Below are positions 1 through 13,234 of a DNA stretch of 64,000 nucleotides, piece after piece. Made by a program: the position numbers and the translations under genes. Every line of letters starts with the position of its first letter. Position 1 is the first letter of the stretch. Below the pieces are notes generated by a model, which saw only the letters and a list, made by a program, of their open reading frames with translations, did no database searches and had not been told where the DNA came from. Source of the DNA: Gnetum montanum (taxonomy: Eukaryota; Plantae; Gnetophyta); NCBI GenBank assembly GCA_015680685.1, contig MNCI01000357.1, positions 20,432 through 84,431 on the forward strand. The letters are read 5' to 3'.

Positions 1-99
1 TTGATCATTTATCTAGGTTGAAAAGGGATTTAGATAATTGAGTGGAATTGTTATTAGACCAAATTTTCAACAAAGATCTATTTACCAAAATGGTAAAGG

Positions 100-1370
100 C
101 TGTATATTTAATAAGAAAACCATGGAAAACAAAGTACCTAACTTATCTTACAACACAAGATCTTCTTGTTGAATGGCGTAGAAAAAAATGTGAAAAATTA
201 GTTCACAAAGCCAAATAGTACATGGAAATCAATTGCAATCTATACAATATCTATGTAGATTGTCTTGTTAGCTTATGCATGCTAGATCATGACTAGTAGA
301 GAGTTTTGCAAGATCTCTATGAAGGTCCATGTGATGACCACTATGCAAGAAATAGAATGACACTTAAACTACTGATGGTAGGATACTTTTGGCCTTTCCT
401 ATTCAGAGATTCCCACGTGTTTGCACAATCCTATGAATGCTACCAAAGAGATGGAGGCATTTTGGCTAGATATGGAGGGCCACAACACTAGATATAGCCA
501 TTGGAACCTTTTTATATATGGGGAATTGATTTTATGGCACCCATTTAACTAATGTCAAATGGAACAATGTATATTATTGTGACTATAGATTACTATACAA
601 AGTGGACAGAGGCAACAATAGTGAAAGGCTGTATGAAAAAAATATCTACTAAGTCTTTTCAACAACATGTGGTGAACAACTTTGGAGTGCCAAGAATGCT
701 TATATCAAATAATGAGATCCACTTCACTAGTGCTACCTTTAGGAAACTCATGTAACAACTTGGGGTTAACCATAAACTAACAACACCATACCATCCCCAA
801 GAAAATGGTCAAGTTAAAGTCACTAACTATGAAATTACTAGAATACTCACTAGGATGGTTTGTAGGTTTTGACAGGATTGGAGTACAAAATTAAATGATG
901 CTTTATGGGCCTGTAGAACATCTTGGAAACTACCTATAGGATACAAACCATATGAGTTGGCCTATGGCAAGTTACCAACACTTCCAATCTAGGTAGAGCT
1001 TCACACTTTAGCTACTACCAGTTCACTTGATGTTAATCTAAGTTTATCCCAAAAGGAACATTTAATGAACTTGAATCTTTTAGATGAGAATGACTAGTAG
1101 CACTTATGGGTAGTGAAGTCTATAAGCATTACTCCAAAAATAGGCATGATTCACGGATAAGGAATGTAACCATACACCTAGGTGAAAAGGTTCTTTATTA
1201 TAATCCTAGTCATTTACCCTAAAAATCTAAATTTCATACACATTGGGAGGGACCACACATTGTGCAAGCCACTTATCCATTTGGTTCCTTACACATCCAC
1301 CACCCATGCTGTCTACACAAGCTTATTCTTGTTAATATCTAAGAAGTCAAACCATACTATGAATATTTCA
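100..1370 (+). pseudogene. Gypsy integrase (H2C2 zinc-binding and rve core) with stops and frameshifts
   Basis: Translations give YEGPCDDHY...GYFWP..FRD..C.QR, WGIDFM, IIVTIDYYTKWTEA, FGVPRMLISNNEIHF, TPYHPQENGQV and DALWA. Confidence 0.95.
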
Positions 1371-2810
1371 AGAAGTCTACTTAACCTACCCACCATTTTT
1401 CTACTTATTCTATCTTCCATTTAACTAATCTTAATGATAGTCATGGGGGAGTCAATTTCAAACCATAGGTATCTTAATAAAGTTTTTCATTTTCTTTCAT
1501 TTTTCACATTCTTTAATATTTTCTCATTCTTTGATACTTTTCATTTCTTAAATTTTTGACATTCTTCAATATCTTTTAATTCTTTAATATTTTCCACTTT
1601 TTAAAACATTTTTCATTCTTTATATTTTTTCACAATTCTTACTATCTTTTTCATTTCTTTCATACTTTGTTTTCGAAACCTTTATAAATAATTTTGATTA
1701 CCAATAAGGCACATTACAAATAAAGGCAAGATGTAGTCCAATAATGTGAAGATTTCTTTGTGTCATTAAGTCATAAGGGACTGATTATTTAAATAGTGAG
1801 CTTGCATCATCCAGCCATCTATTCCATTAATAATAGGTTCTTTCCATGACCATAATGATATTATTTTCCATCATAGAACTAAAAATAAACTTGTGATTAT
1901 TATGCTTGGACCAAAAACTGAAGAATAAGTGGGAATTAAAAGGGTGTGACATCAAGGTGATTTTTGGATTCTTTTAGACTACTATTGTGAGTTCTATCAT
2001 GTTGCTAAGGTTGCATTATATCCTTGTAGATCCAATGAAAAATAGGAGTAAGAGTAAAATGAGTGCTGCCATGAAAGGTTGATACAAATCAAAAATAAAA
2101 GAGCAAAAAATAAATTTATGGGGATCCCACTGGAAAGACAAGTTACCTATGCCTAAAGGTAGGTGGATTCTCAAAAATTTAAAACTAAAAAAGGTACCAT
2201 AAGTAAACTCCTTTCTAGGACAATATTCCAAGTGATGATACTTCTTGCAACATTGATAGTCATACAATTGTAATTCCAAGATATAACATGATGCAATGTC
2301 ATTGGACAATGGTGTGGACTTGGTTCAAATCTTGAATAGAATGGTTAATGATTACTTTAATCACTAATAAAACTTAAGAATTCATTATGCCTATGGTAAG
2401 ACACCTCACATCCCAATTTCTACAATTCCTTCTAAGTTCATCTCATCTCACTGTTTGAATAATCATAACTTGTGGTTTTAGGTAACATAGCATTATTTTC
2501 TAAATTCGGTGGTACTAACATGTGTGTTTTGCTAAATAGGTATGAATTACATTCAACTCCAATTCCTAAGGACACTTTAGGCATGATTATACAAGGGCAT
2601 TAAGGGCTAGAGCCTACTTTGGGAAGGACCTACTTATATAATTGTTGTACCTTATACCTTACAAGAGATTTCACATCATCTTGAACCTTCTAGCATCAAA
2701 AAATGTCAATAAAACTTCCCATATCATTTAAACTATCTATTATTACTACATGACTTCATTACCCTTCTTATGCATCTTATGAACTTTCATAGCTTAAGAT
2801 TCCTTCTCTA

Positions 2811-3394
2811 TGTGACATCCCATCCCTAGATGTCATGGCAAGCATCAAATATCCGATATATTAGACATTATGAGTACAAAGAAAATATACCGAATGCAAA
2901 ATATAAGTGATATTTAACATTATGTATAATAGAAATAATAGGAAAAATGTAGAAAGAGAAAGAAAAGAATGCTTTATTGATATAGAACAATGTATCCAAA
3001 TCATGCTTTGAAAGTATTCCTTGGGGTTTTCTTCCTTTGACATCTATTCCTTAGAGGCAATCTAGCATTGCCATCATGGTTAGGCCTATAACCTAGCTAG
3101 AAGGGATGGCTAGTCTGCTTCCTATCTCGCTTCAGCCAGCTTCTTGTGACTTTCCTATATTGGCTCCATTAGCTTTGTCATTCCATGTTGACATAACCTC
3201 TAACCCCAGGTATAAATGCCTTAGGCCAAACCTCCAAAGGTTACCTTAAGAGACACGTCCATTATTACAATGCATCCTTTTGGGTCTTAATCACAACTAT
3301 TCTTTTCAATATTATTATGATAACAATAACACTTGTTATGAAGAGACACCATCTTAATTAGTTAGCAGCCTCATTTGGGAATGGGGATGTGACA
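2811..3394 (+). mobile_element. Solo LTR (584 bp, Tekay/Del- or TRIM-like termini) nested in element A
   Basis: Begins TGTGACATCCC and ends GGGATGTGACA (inverted termini, 1 mismatch). Perfect 5-bp TSD CTCTA at 2806-2810 and 3395-3399. TATA-like gtataaat at ~3210. Confidence 0.9.
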
Positions 3395-4212
3395 CTCTAT
3401 GAACTTCCAGTGATAAATGTTTGATAACATATGCATATCTCTAGTGTCAAAACCCTCTAAGTAACCTTAAAACCTTCTAGAAATCTAGAAGAATTAATTT
3501 TTTTCATCAAACCTTTATGAAAAGTGAAACTTTTTGGGCTCTAGTATGGGGTCTTTGATGTTAGGTCTTTACCAATATCAAATCCCCAATGTTGGATCAC
3601 TAATATTAGGTTATACAAAGCCTACATATACATGGGGACTTAGCCAATTTTCTCATCATTTTTCATTTACACACAAGGGAGAATTTTTGAATTTTCTTCT
3701 TGGATTTACACTCTAACCTCCTAGCTTTCCCAATCTATAACTTGAACATTATCATTGCGATCTTCATGCTTTTTGAACCTATTTGATCATAGAGTGCTCA
3801 TCTTAGTCATTGGGTGGTGGTGGGGAGGAGTGGAGGCGGGTGCAATTTGCTAGTGAGGAAAGTCTAAGGAAATTTTTTAAAAAATTCTAACACTTGAAAT
3901 GTACTATAAGGGTATTTATGAAGTGAAATTTAAAAATTGTTAATAAGAACTAATCATGAGGAAGCCAAAACACTCAAATAATACTCTTAAGAAACCATAA
4001 AGAACCATAATGAGCCATAAATAATAGCCAAATAGATAACTATGAAGAGCCACAAAGAAAATAATACCAATGGGGTAACTTTTTGCAAAACTTTTCTAAC
4101 TCTGTAATCCTAACAACTAAGAACTTTATCTAACTAAAAGTATGAGAAAGGAAGAAAGTTATATAAATTCAAGAATGCTTTCTAATGATTCCCAATTTCT
4201 TAATAATTACAG

Positions 4213-6800
4213 ATGGTCCCAAAGAGAGGACTTCAATTGGGATCCTCACAAGGTGCAAGTAAGAGATTGAGAGGCCAAGGTAGAGGCTAAACTAGAGGAT
4301 AAGAACTAGAACATGAGGAGCAAGAAGCCTAATCATTTAGAATTCATCAAGAGACTCTTGCTATGGCACAATCAATCCAAGGAGAGATAGAAGAATCGCT
4401 AGTGCAAGGAAAATGCCTCATATTATCAAAAGATTGCCTCCAAGCTATTCAGGAAAGATCCATCCTAACCATAGTCATTGTGGAGATAAACTTTGGTCCA
4501 TTCATGGAATTTATGCTTGAAGTAGTAAAGACACAACTTAAGGTGTCACCATTATGGCCTATCCTAGTTGATAGTGGTGAATGGTTCCTTGGGCAAACCT
4601 ACCAATTTTGGCACAACAAGGAAGAGTGTACAATAGTTAACATTGAAGAAGTCTCAGTTTCATTCTCAGTCAAGGTAATTCTAGAAACTCAAACTATACC
4701 CAATGAAGTGGCAAGGTTAGCACATCTGTCCACCTGATCTAATCCTAAAACCAAGAAACTATGGCTAAAATAAGCATATGATAAAGAAGATAATGGCTAT
4801 AATGAGCTAACCTTGGAAGAAAGAATCTACTTCAAAATTGTCAACTATCACCTTTTCCCAATAAAAGGACTCAATCAAGTATCCACTTATGCAGCTAGAG
4901 GAAGTACAATCCTAATGGGAAATTACAATTCCAACCTTGCACAACTCTATTTTATTAAAATTTAGAGTCAGTTTGAAGAAAGTAAGGCAAGAAAGCCAAC
5001 ACTTCCATTTTCCTGCATTATTAGAAAGCTATGTATGTGAGCTAGAATCTTGGGATATACTAATTGCATTCCTAGGAGACTAAAAAATGCTTCATATGCT
5101 AAATTGCTCAAACCAACACTACCTATAAAAGATCAAGGTGAAGAACAAGGAAAAGAACAAGAGTAAGAGAAACAACATGAAAAACAACAAGAGAAATAAC
5201 AACAACAATAGGAGAAACAATAACAACAATAAGAGCAACAACAACAACAAGTTCCACTACTACCACTACAAGATTATAGACTATCGATGAGTCATCTGTA
5301 ATAGATTGCAGAAACCATTAGCTAGGGAATAAGGGAAGAGGCCAACCTTTGTAGACTTATTGACAGTGCCATCCAATCCATAGTTTTAGCAAGTTCAACA
5401 AGTGGATAGATCTCACTGCAGTTAGGAGGAGAGGTTTAATGGTCACAATAGATTTCTAGGAATGCTGAATTGTTCCAAGTGGTTCTTGAGACTAGAGAGA
5501 GAGACACATTGGTGATAGTGCAACACCAAGATGCAGTAGGAGTAGCAGAGATGATCATTGATCATATCAAGGAGTCCTTCAATGCATCTATTATGCCACT
5601 AAGATATCTAAATGAAGCCAAAGATTCTCAAATGTTTGTTGGAACCTCAATGACTTCTACTAACCATGAGGATGTGCTCAATAGACTATTGCAAACTAGG
5701 CAAGTCATGACAAGACTATTCGACATCCCTAGTGATGTCACTGTAGTACAGTCTAAGCTCATTGATACTAAGGGAAACCTGGTCATGGAAGAGATAGGGG
5801 TAGAGCATTCAAAAAATGAAATTTTAAAATTACAAGAAGAGCTTGTAGCCCTAAGAGCTAAATAAAGAGATCCAATACTATTTATTGAACTTGATCAAAT
5901 AGAGTAGTTGAGGATAGAGAAGATGAACCATTTAATTGAGTAGAATAAATAGATGATGACAGAGAAGGAGAAAGTAGTATGGAATGCCTCTATAGCAAAA
6001 GCACAAACATATGTTCATGTCAAGGCACTTACCACAGTACAAGAGGAAAATAAATAACTTGATGCTAATAACATAAGGTTGACTACTATTGAAAACTAAT
6101 AAACATTTTAGAGGAGAGCATCCAATAGTTAAGGGAACAATTAATGAGTGTCAACCAAGACATGAGCTACTTGGCAAGAGAAAATTGAACCCTCTTAATG
6201 GAAGAGGTACATGCCATCTATCAAAATTCAGCCATTGAAATAAGTGCATGGAAAAATGAGCCAAAGAAACACAAAATGCTCAAGTAATACTTGCCCTTTT
6301 CCAAAAAGTGGAAGTAAAAAACAAAGACTTGTAGATTGAGGAAATGAAAGAATAGATGGGATTAGGTAACCTTCGTTATGCTAACTTGGCCATGTTAGCA
6401 TAAATGAACTAGAATAACAAGTAGCAACCACATATGCTCTATATAAAAAAGAGTTTATAAATAAAAAAGATGCTTTGCAAAAACTCCAAGTGGAAAACTC
6501 TTAATTAGAAGTAATGAAGTCTAGCTACCAAGTGCAGAAAGATGTTGTAGCAAAACTAGCTAGAAGATTGATAGATTATTATGAACTATGTAAAAAAGCC
6601 AAATCTTTTAAAGAATAAAAGAGGTAGTTCATGGCCTGGTACGTCAAAGAAAACTGGATGTTGCTATAGCTACTGTGCCCATGGGATGTACCCACTACAT
6701 CATGTATTATACAATAAGCATGGATGGTACATGACCCAAGAATGAAAGAGGAGAAACTTCAAGTGCTCCTAAACTAGTACAAATTTCAAAAGCTTGATGA
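4213..6800 (+). pseudogene. Athila-type accessory ORF2 ('env-like'): plant-transposon-protein-like N-terminus, Q/E-rich linker, long coiled-coil
   Basis: ATG at 4213 (MVPKRG), ORF fragments 4363-4737 and 5470-5865, CAA-rich tract at ~5150-5250. Homologous to B ORF2 (LKVSPLWPILVDSGEW versus LKTSPIWTIITSNKEW). Confidence 0.75.
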
Positions 6801-7052
6801 AAAGGGGAAACAACCAATGGAAGAGCCATTGCCACTTTGAACTACATAACGATACATCAAGCTTCACCAAATTTTTATCTTTTCTGAAAGTATCATGTCA
6901 TATCTTGTGTCATTTTGTAAACACCACTATGGCAATTAAGAGTTATGTACATAGTAGTCAGTGTCATGTAAGCCTACCCCCCAAATTTGTAAGGAACTCT
7001 ATTCTCATTTTGTTTTAACTTGAGGATGAGTTTTCAGTCAGTCATAGGGGTA

Positions 7053-7916
7053 TGATAAATTGAATTTTTATATGGCTATGAAATTAGATCCTTGATATCG
7101 AGGCACAAGTTATGATGTTGAGTATCTAATATTGCAGACACGTGAATACGATACTTAGGTGCATAATCCAAACAATAATTTCATTTCACCTTAGCGAGAT
7201 TTTGTTAGTTTGTTCTCTTGATTTTAGTACTTAGCATTTAGTAGTATATGCCCATAGTGTGGTGTGAAGTGATTGTATGGAGTCTTTATTCAAGCATCTT
7301 GTACTTGGACACAAGTATGAATGACAATAAAGATCGAGATTACTTTTTACCATTGTAGCATCCACTTAGTTTTTATGGCCTACTTAGAATAAATGTTTCC
7401 TATTTTCAATTAGTTTACTAATTACTATTTTCTTATTTACTATTTATTTTCCCATGAACTTTACTTTTACTATTGTTAAGTAGAATGGATATGACTGATT
7501 CCAAGTGTAAAGTGTGATTGTTTGGTAACCCTGTAGTATCACTTGGTTCGCTTGGTAGCAAGATACTTGGTAATCCTAGTAATGATTACATAAGTCCAAT
7601 ATGTGTCTAGAGAGTTAAGAATGAATGTACATCACCTAGGCTAGACTAGATTTATTTGTTGTTTACTTAGAAACCACTTTCATTTACCTCATTTTTACTA
7701 GGAGTAAAATGGCCAAAGCAACATTAGTTATCACATACCTCACTTTGAGTTAAATCATATGCATTGATTTTACTAGCTCATGTGGGAAGGCAACAATCAT
7801 GAGCTCAAACCAATTACTTGCATAATTACATTGGCTTGTCCATAGAATTTAACTAGGCTATGCGTGAACACTTGTATCTTGTATTATTGGGTGTTGAATT
7901 ACTCCACCGCTCATCA
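7053..7916 (+). repeat. 3' LTR of element A
   Basis: TGATA start directly after the PPT, ends ...ccgcTCATCA. The 3' part matches the reverse complement of LTRs at 12092, 23226 and 41502 and matches the LTR at 29150. Confidence 0.85.
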
Positions 7917-9281
7917 ATTTCTAACTCTACAAGTAGTTTGTTTCCACTAGTCAATCTAATCAATATTACCAATAGGTTCTTTTCTACATTCTATAAAGAC
8001 TTTAAAATATTTTTTCCATTGGCTCATATAAACATATTAGCATTCATACAAAAAGACTCATGGTTTTGAAAGGAGAAATAATTAATTCTAGATAGAAAAA
8101 TGCTAATAGGAAAATGGTTTGACAAAGTAGCATCTATATGTAGTTCTACTTTACTCATATGATTTCAAAAATAAATATTAAAGATGTAAAATCTATCAAG
8201 TCGAAAATAAATTCTATTCTTTTCTTATTGATGATTATAACAAGTATAGTGCTTCTCATTTAAATGATTGGGAATAAAAAGCTAACATCAAAAAGAAAAT
8301 AAATTTCTTTAAAATCTCGTTAATATTATTTTTATTGAGAAGATAAATTAGGACGAAGACCACCAAGTTTAGTTAAATGAATTTCAACCATATTGAAATC
8401 ACCTCTAATAATTCAAGGAACTTTAGAAAAAGATATAAGATATTTTCCTTTCATAACTTACATAATTTACATTGTTATTCTTATTCACTCACTTCAACTC
8501 TTAATTTAATCTCTCCCAAATGATTTAATTATTATTTACAATTGATTATTATTATTTGGAATTATTTTAGGTTGAAATTTCTAAGCATCAAGGCACAATC
8601 ATAATTTCATTACTCAACAAATTTGAAAGTATTGTTTCAAGTCCCATCTATCAAAATAATCCAATTCTCATCATATTTTGCACGAACAAAGATCTTAAAA
8701 ATACCTTTCTATCAATTCTATGATTAAGTTGAGATTCAAGTAAATTTGGAATATACTAATTACCTTTAGTTTAGTGTGAGTAGCCTTTGTTACAACTACA
8801 CTAGCAACCTTTTCAACTTTTGTGCTTTCAAAATCTATGTCAACCATGTTTAAATAGTATTAGAACTTACACTACATTTGGGATTCAATAAATTTCATTA
8901 GGAAAACTCTACTATAACTTGTGAAAAGGTCACATCCATATTTAAAGACCTTATTTTTAAGATCAAGCCCTCACTAATAGCTCTTTAATTTCAAATTCTA
9001 ATAGTTATCATCACTTGTGATATACTCGTAGTTAACTCATGATCTTTGTTTAAGCTACATAACAATCATCACCGCTTGTGTTAACCTTATGGCCAAGAAT
9101 AAACTACTTATGCCTAGTTGCATCATAACTATAGTTAACACATGATATATTTGTTCAAAGAAGTCTAACCTATTATGACCACACTCAACTAGTGGTGCTT
9201 AAGAAAAATGGCTTGTAGTGATTACACACTAGGGTAGTGTTGCAGTTGAAATTGTCAAAATTACAACAAAAATAAGGAGCA

Positions 9282-12091
9282 TGATGAGCTTGTTTTAAAT
9301 AATAAAATGATCAAGAACTTATGGACAACTCACATTTAATCAAAATGAAAAAACTTGTATTTTTAGTTAAATTAAAAATTTGAAATTTCTACATTGATTC
9401 TTAAACATTGTATTTGCTTCAACAATTCAAAGTTTTAGAGGCTTGATGTAAAAGAAAAATGAGTTCTCCCTCCTCCTTCATGGGTCAGAAATTATTTATA
9501 AATTTTGGAGCTTTGTTATTTTCATTCTTTATTTTTATAATAAACTAGGACTTGACAATAGTTAACTTAGTGTTAGAAAAAATGTAGAAAAATAAAGGCT
9601 TTATTTTTTCCTATTTTCATCTTTTATGCTTAATTTTTTGGAAAAGATATTATAATTTAAATAAGAGATTTCTATGACTTTTTTATAAATTCAAAATTAT
9701 TCTTTCTTTTATTTAAATTTAAAATTATTCAAATGAATCCTCTTGATGATCCTCTTTGTATTGTGAGGGAAGTGAGGACTTGATTAATTTATTGTTTATC
9801 CTTATAAGTGTGTTCTAATTGTGCATTGTATCTCTTTTCTTTTAAGCAAGAATAAAATTATCTTTCTTTTTCTTGTTTAATGAGATTTGATTTTCAATCT
9901 TTGCATTTTAAGTTAGCATGGATTATGGAATTCAAGGAAGCTCTTCACTATCTTGGTATCCAAGAGTTTGGTTTAGGAGATAACTTAATTGATATGAAGA
10001 ATTCTCATCCTCAATACAAGGGATCACTCTTCTAGATCATAATTTTTAATTTAAAATTTCCATGGTTGCTATTTTCATATTCTATCAAGGTTTTAGAACT
10101 TCTTTGATTGTCATTTTGATCAATTAATTTAAGTACTGAGAAATAATTATGGACTTTGACAACCATTGGTTTGAATTAGCCAGGGTTTAAATATCTTGAG
10201 CTCATTTCTACTAAGATATGAGTAATACTTCTTTATTACCTTTGGATACCTTAATGTTTTTAGAGATACTCTTGATCTTTTCATTTTCTTATGGGTCTTT
10301 ATGAATATTACCTTTTAGATCATTTCTATTGTGGCACCAAAGAAGAAAAAAATCCAAGCATTTGTCAAAGACATGGAAGACATGATAATTACTATCAAGT
10401 ACATTATTGAAATACTTGAGAAACTAAAAGAAAACAAAGGATATCCTACTTCACTAAAGACATCTAAGAAATAGAACAACTTAGGATCATTCATACCAAG
10501 GACTTCTTGAAGATATTCATCTATGTTAACTCTTGAAGATGACATTCCTTTTAATAATGAAGACTTAGGAGAGAATGAGGAACAAGGAGACAAGGTTCTT
10601 CATTCTTCAAGTATTAAAAATAAGTCTAAAAGATTCATATTTCCAAGGAATATAAAGAAGAAACATTTTCTAATGCCTCAAAGAAATCCATGTAAAGGAA
10701 TTAAGCTTACCCTTACTATAGCATTCATACATGCTTGTATATTGCCTCATGTTGAAGTGAAAACCTTAAATGGAATAAAAGGTACTACATGGATTCTCTA
10801 TTAGTTTAAGATATTGAATAAATATTTTGAGCTTGAAGATATCGAAGATCATCAAAAATTATCATATGTTGAAAAAAAGCTTGAAGATATAACATAAGTT
10901 TGGTGGAATAAAGAAAGTTATGCTTACGTTGTAACTAATGATACTCAAATTAAGGTTTGGTCTCTTATGTAAATTATGTGTAAGCCTAAATTTGAGAAGA
11001 TACAACATAAACAAGAATCCATTTAAAGGATGAAATACATTATACAAGTTAACAAAAGTGTCAAAGAGCATTATATGAATTTTTACAAAACTTTCTAGCA
11101 AGATAAAGTTCATTTGAATGACTATGAAAAAGCTTCTAACTTTCAAAGTGGATTAAAGAATAAATTTTAGCAAGAGCTTATATTCTATGAGTCTTAAAAT
11201 TTGAATGAGGCTTTTAATTTAGCTTTTAAGAAACTCCATGGCTTTAATAGAGATCCCAAAGCTTCTAAGGGTAAAGACTTTAGAGCTTCTAAAGGAGATA
11301 AATGAGTAAAGAAAATAAGTAATATCAAAGAAGATTTACATGAGAAGTAAGAGAAGAATAAAGAAGGTCAAGATTCTAAGAAAAACTATTCTAAAAGGGA
11401 AAGAGGTCAATGGAATGTTAATGCTTTAATTATGAAGATATGAGACACAAGTAATGGAAGTGCAAGAAACCTAAAGCTTCCAAGGATAAGAAATTTCAAA
11501 CTTTATGGAATGGAGAGTTTTCAAATGAAGGTAATGCTCATGCTCCTATGATTAAAGAAGTAATTGGAAATAATTATTTTATGAGAAATTCCAATGTTAA
11601 TGTAGATTCTTGAAGGAAAATTATCTTTATAACTAGGGCTAGATGTCTTTATAGTGGCAAATGGATTCACATTTTGATAAATGGTGATGCCTAAGAGAAT
11701 GATTTCTTTCAAGATTATTGATAATCTTAGTTTAAAGAAATTTCTTAATCTTGAGCCCTATAGAGTGTATAGGCTTTTTAAATATTATTTTTAAGAAATA
11801 AAGAAACGATGCACTATATATTTTAATCTTAGTTCTTTTAGAGATCAAGTGCAATGTGACATTCTTTCCATAGATAGTGTTGATGTAATACTTGGTAGAC
11901 CTTGGAATTATGATAACAAGGGTTCATTTAATGAAGCAAGGAATATTTGGCCAATTCTTAGGAAAGATGGGATGCACCAACTAATTCTTATGACATTGTA
12001 ACAATACAAAGAGAATATTTTCTATAATACTGTTTTGATTTTTCTTAGTAAGAAGGAACACATGCAATCTTATAAAGAAAATGGACATGGT
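9282..12091 (+). mobile_element. CRM-like chromovirus remnant: putative 5' LTR (~9282-9953), PBS-Met, decayed gag and protease, cut off by element B
   Basis: TGATGAG start and PBS-like tggtatccaagag at 9954-9966. gag-like KYFELE..KLSYVEKKL..VWW. Protease region LFITRARC...EPYRV...RDQVQCDILSIDSVDVILGRPWNYDNK resembles CRM-type DEVLCDVVP..C.ILLGRPWQYD. Confidence 0.7.
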
Positions 12092-12997
12092 TGATGAGTG
12101 GTGAGTATACGCTATGCTCAACCATATGAATTACAAGTGTTCATGTGCAATTCAGTCAAATTCTACAAACCTTAAGTTCCCAGGTACACTGGTTCTAAGA
12201 AGTGAAATCTAATCATGATGATCATTGTCTTCCCAACTATACTTGTGAAGCTTAGTTGTATGGTTAAGTGTAATTGGGGAAAATGATTTTTATTATTTCA
12301 TATTTTATTCAACTACTATTGATAACAAGTTGAAACTCAATTCATTAACCAATTTAACTAATTTGATTACTAATTAATAATTAACTATCCTAACATAAGC
12401 ATCCAATCCCACTTTTCATACACATCCTAAATGCATACAACACTGCTAGGTTATCAAGCGTTAAGCCTTGCTAGGGTTACCAAGTGTTGTATGTTATGCT
12501 CAAAGTAGTTGTACTTATGTGTTTAATCTATTTAGCTTATTAGTTAATTAATTAAAGTCTTGCTTATCTTAATTAATTGTGTAATTAATGAAAATGGTAA
12601 ATGTAGAAATAAATCAAAAATCTATTCCAAGTGTTGCAAGGCTTGATCAAAAGGCTCATCTTTATTATTGTTCACATTGTTGTGCTCAAGTACATCAATG
12701 CTTGAATAAAGATCTATATACTTTTTAACTTCTACTATGGACATTCAAAAAATATTCTAATCCTCAAATGAACAAACTGTAAGAACTTTGCTAAGCTATT
12801 CAAAAGCTCTCTTTTTACACAATGGGAGCACAGTATTTATAAAATTTATTGTGGAGCTACATCAATGGGGCCTCATAAAAGTAGAAAATGCTACGTCAAT
12901 GTGACCCCATTGATGAGGGAACATCATGTCAACAAGGACTTGTCGACAAGGCCACATTGGTGGAGGTCCATTGATGTAATACTTTGACATTTCATCA
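12092..12997 (-). repeat. 3' LTR of element B
   Basis: TGATGA...TCATCA termini. PPT (minus-strand catgggggta) at 12998-13007. TATA-like tataaata on the minus strand at ~12835-12842. Confidence 0.92.
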
Positions 12998-13234
12998 TAC
13001 CCCCATGATTGAATAAAAACTCATCCTTAAGTTCCTTTACAAGATTGTGAAGGTATGAGATTATTTACTAACACTTGACACAATAAATTGATACAACAAG
13101 ACTAAGTGCCATAGTGTATAGATCAACATCATTACAAAATTTGTGGTATTCATGACAAAAAAATTGGACACCATGATATGACTACTCAAACTAGATAATG
13201 CATCCTTTGATGGCATAAAGATGGTTGAGAATAT

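Larger units (their letters stand above)
1..7916 (+). mobile_element. Element A: 3' half of a degenerate Ty3/Gypsy Athila-like LTR retrotransposon (integrase, long non-coding spacer, accessory ORF2, PPT, 3' LTR)
   Basis: Integrase motifs at 306-1370, ORF2 at 4213-6800, PPT catagggg at ~7043-7050, LTR at 7053-7916. Colinear and homologous with element B, which has an Athila-type PBS. Confidence 0.88.

Noticed and set aside
2811-3394. Cassandra TRIM with 5S rRNA-like core
   Set aside because: The termini are similar, but no 5S A/C-box-like sequence is recognisable.
7917-9281. AT-rich interval as a promoter or gene
   Set aside because: No ORF, termini or recognisable motif. Probably old repeat debris.
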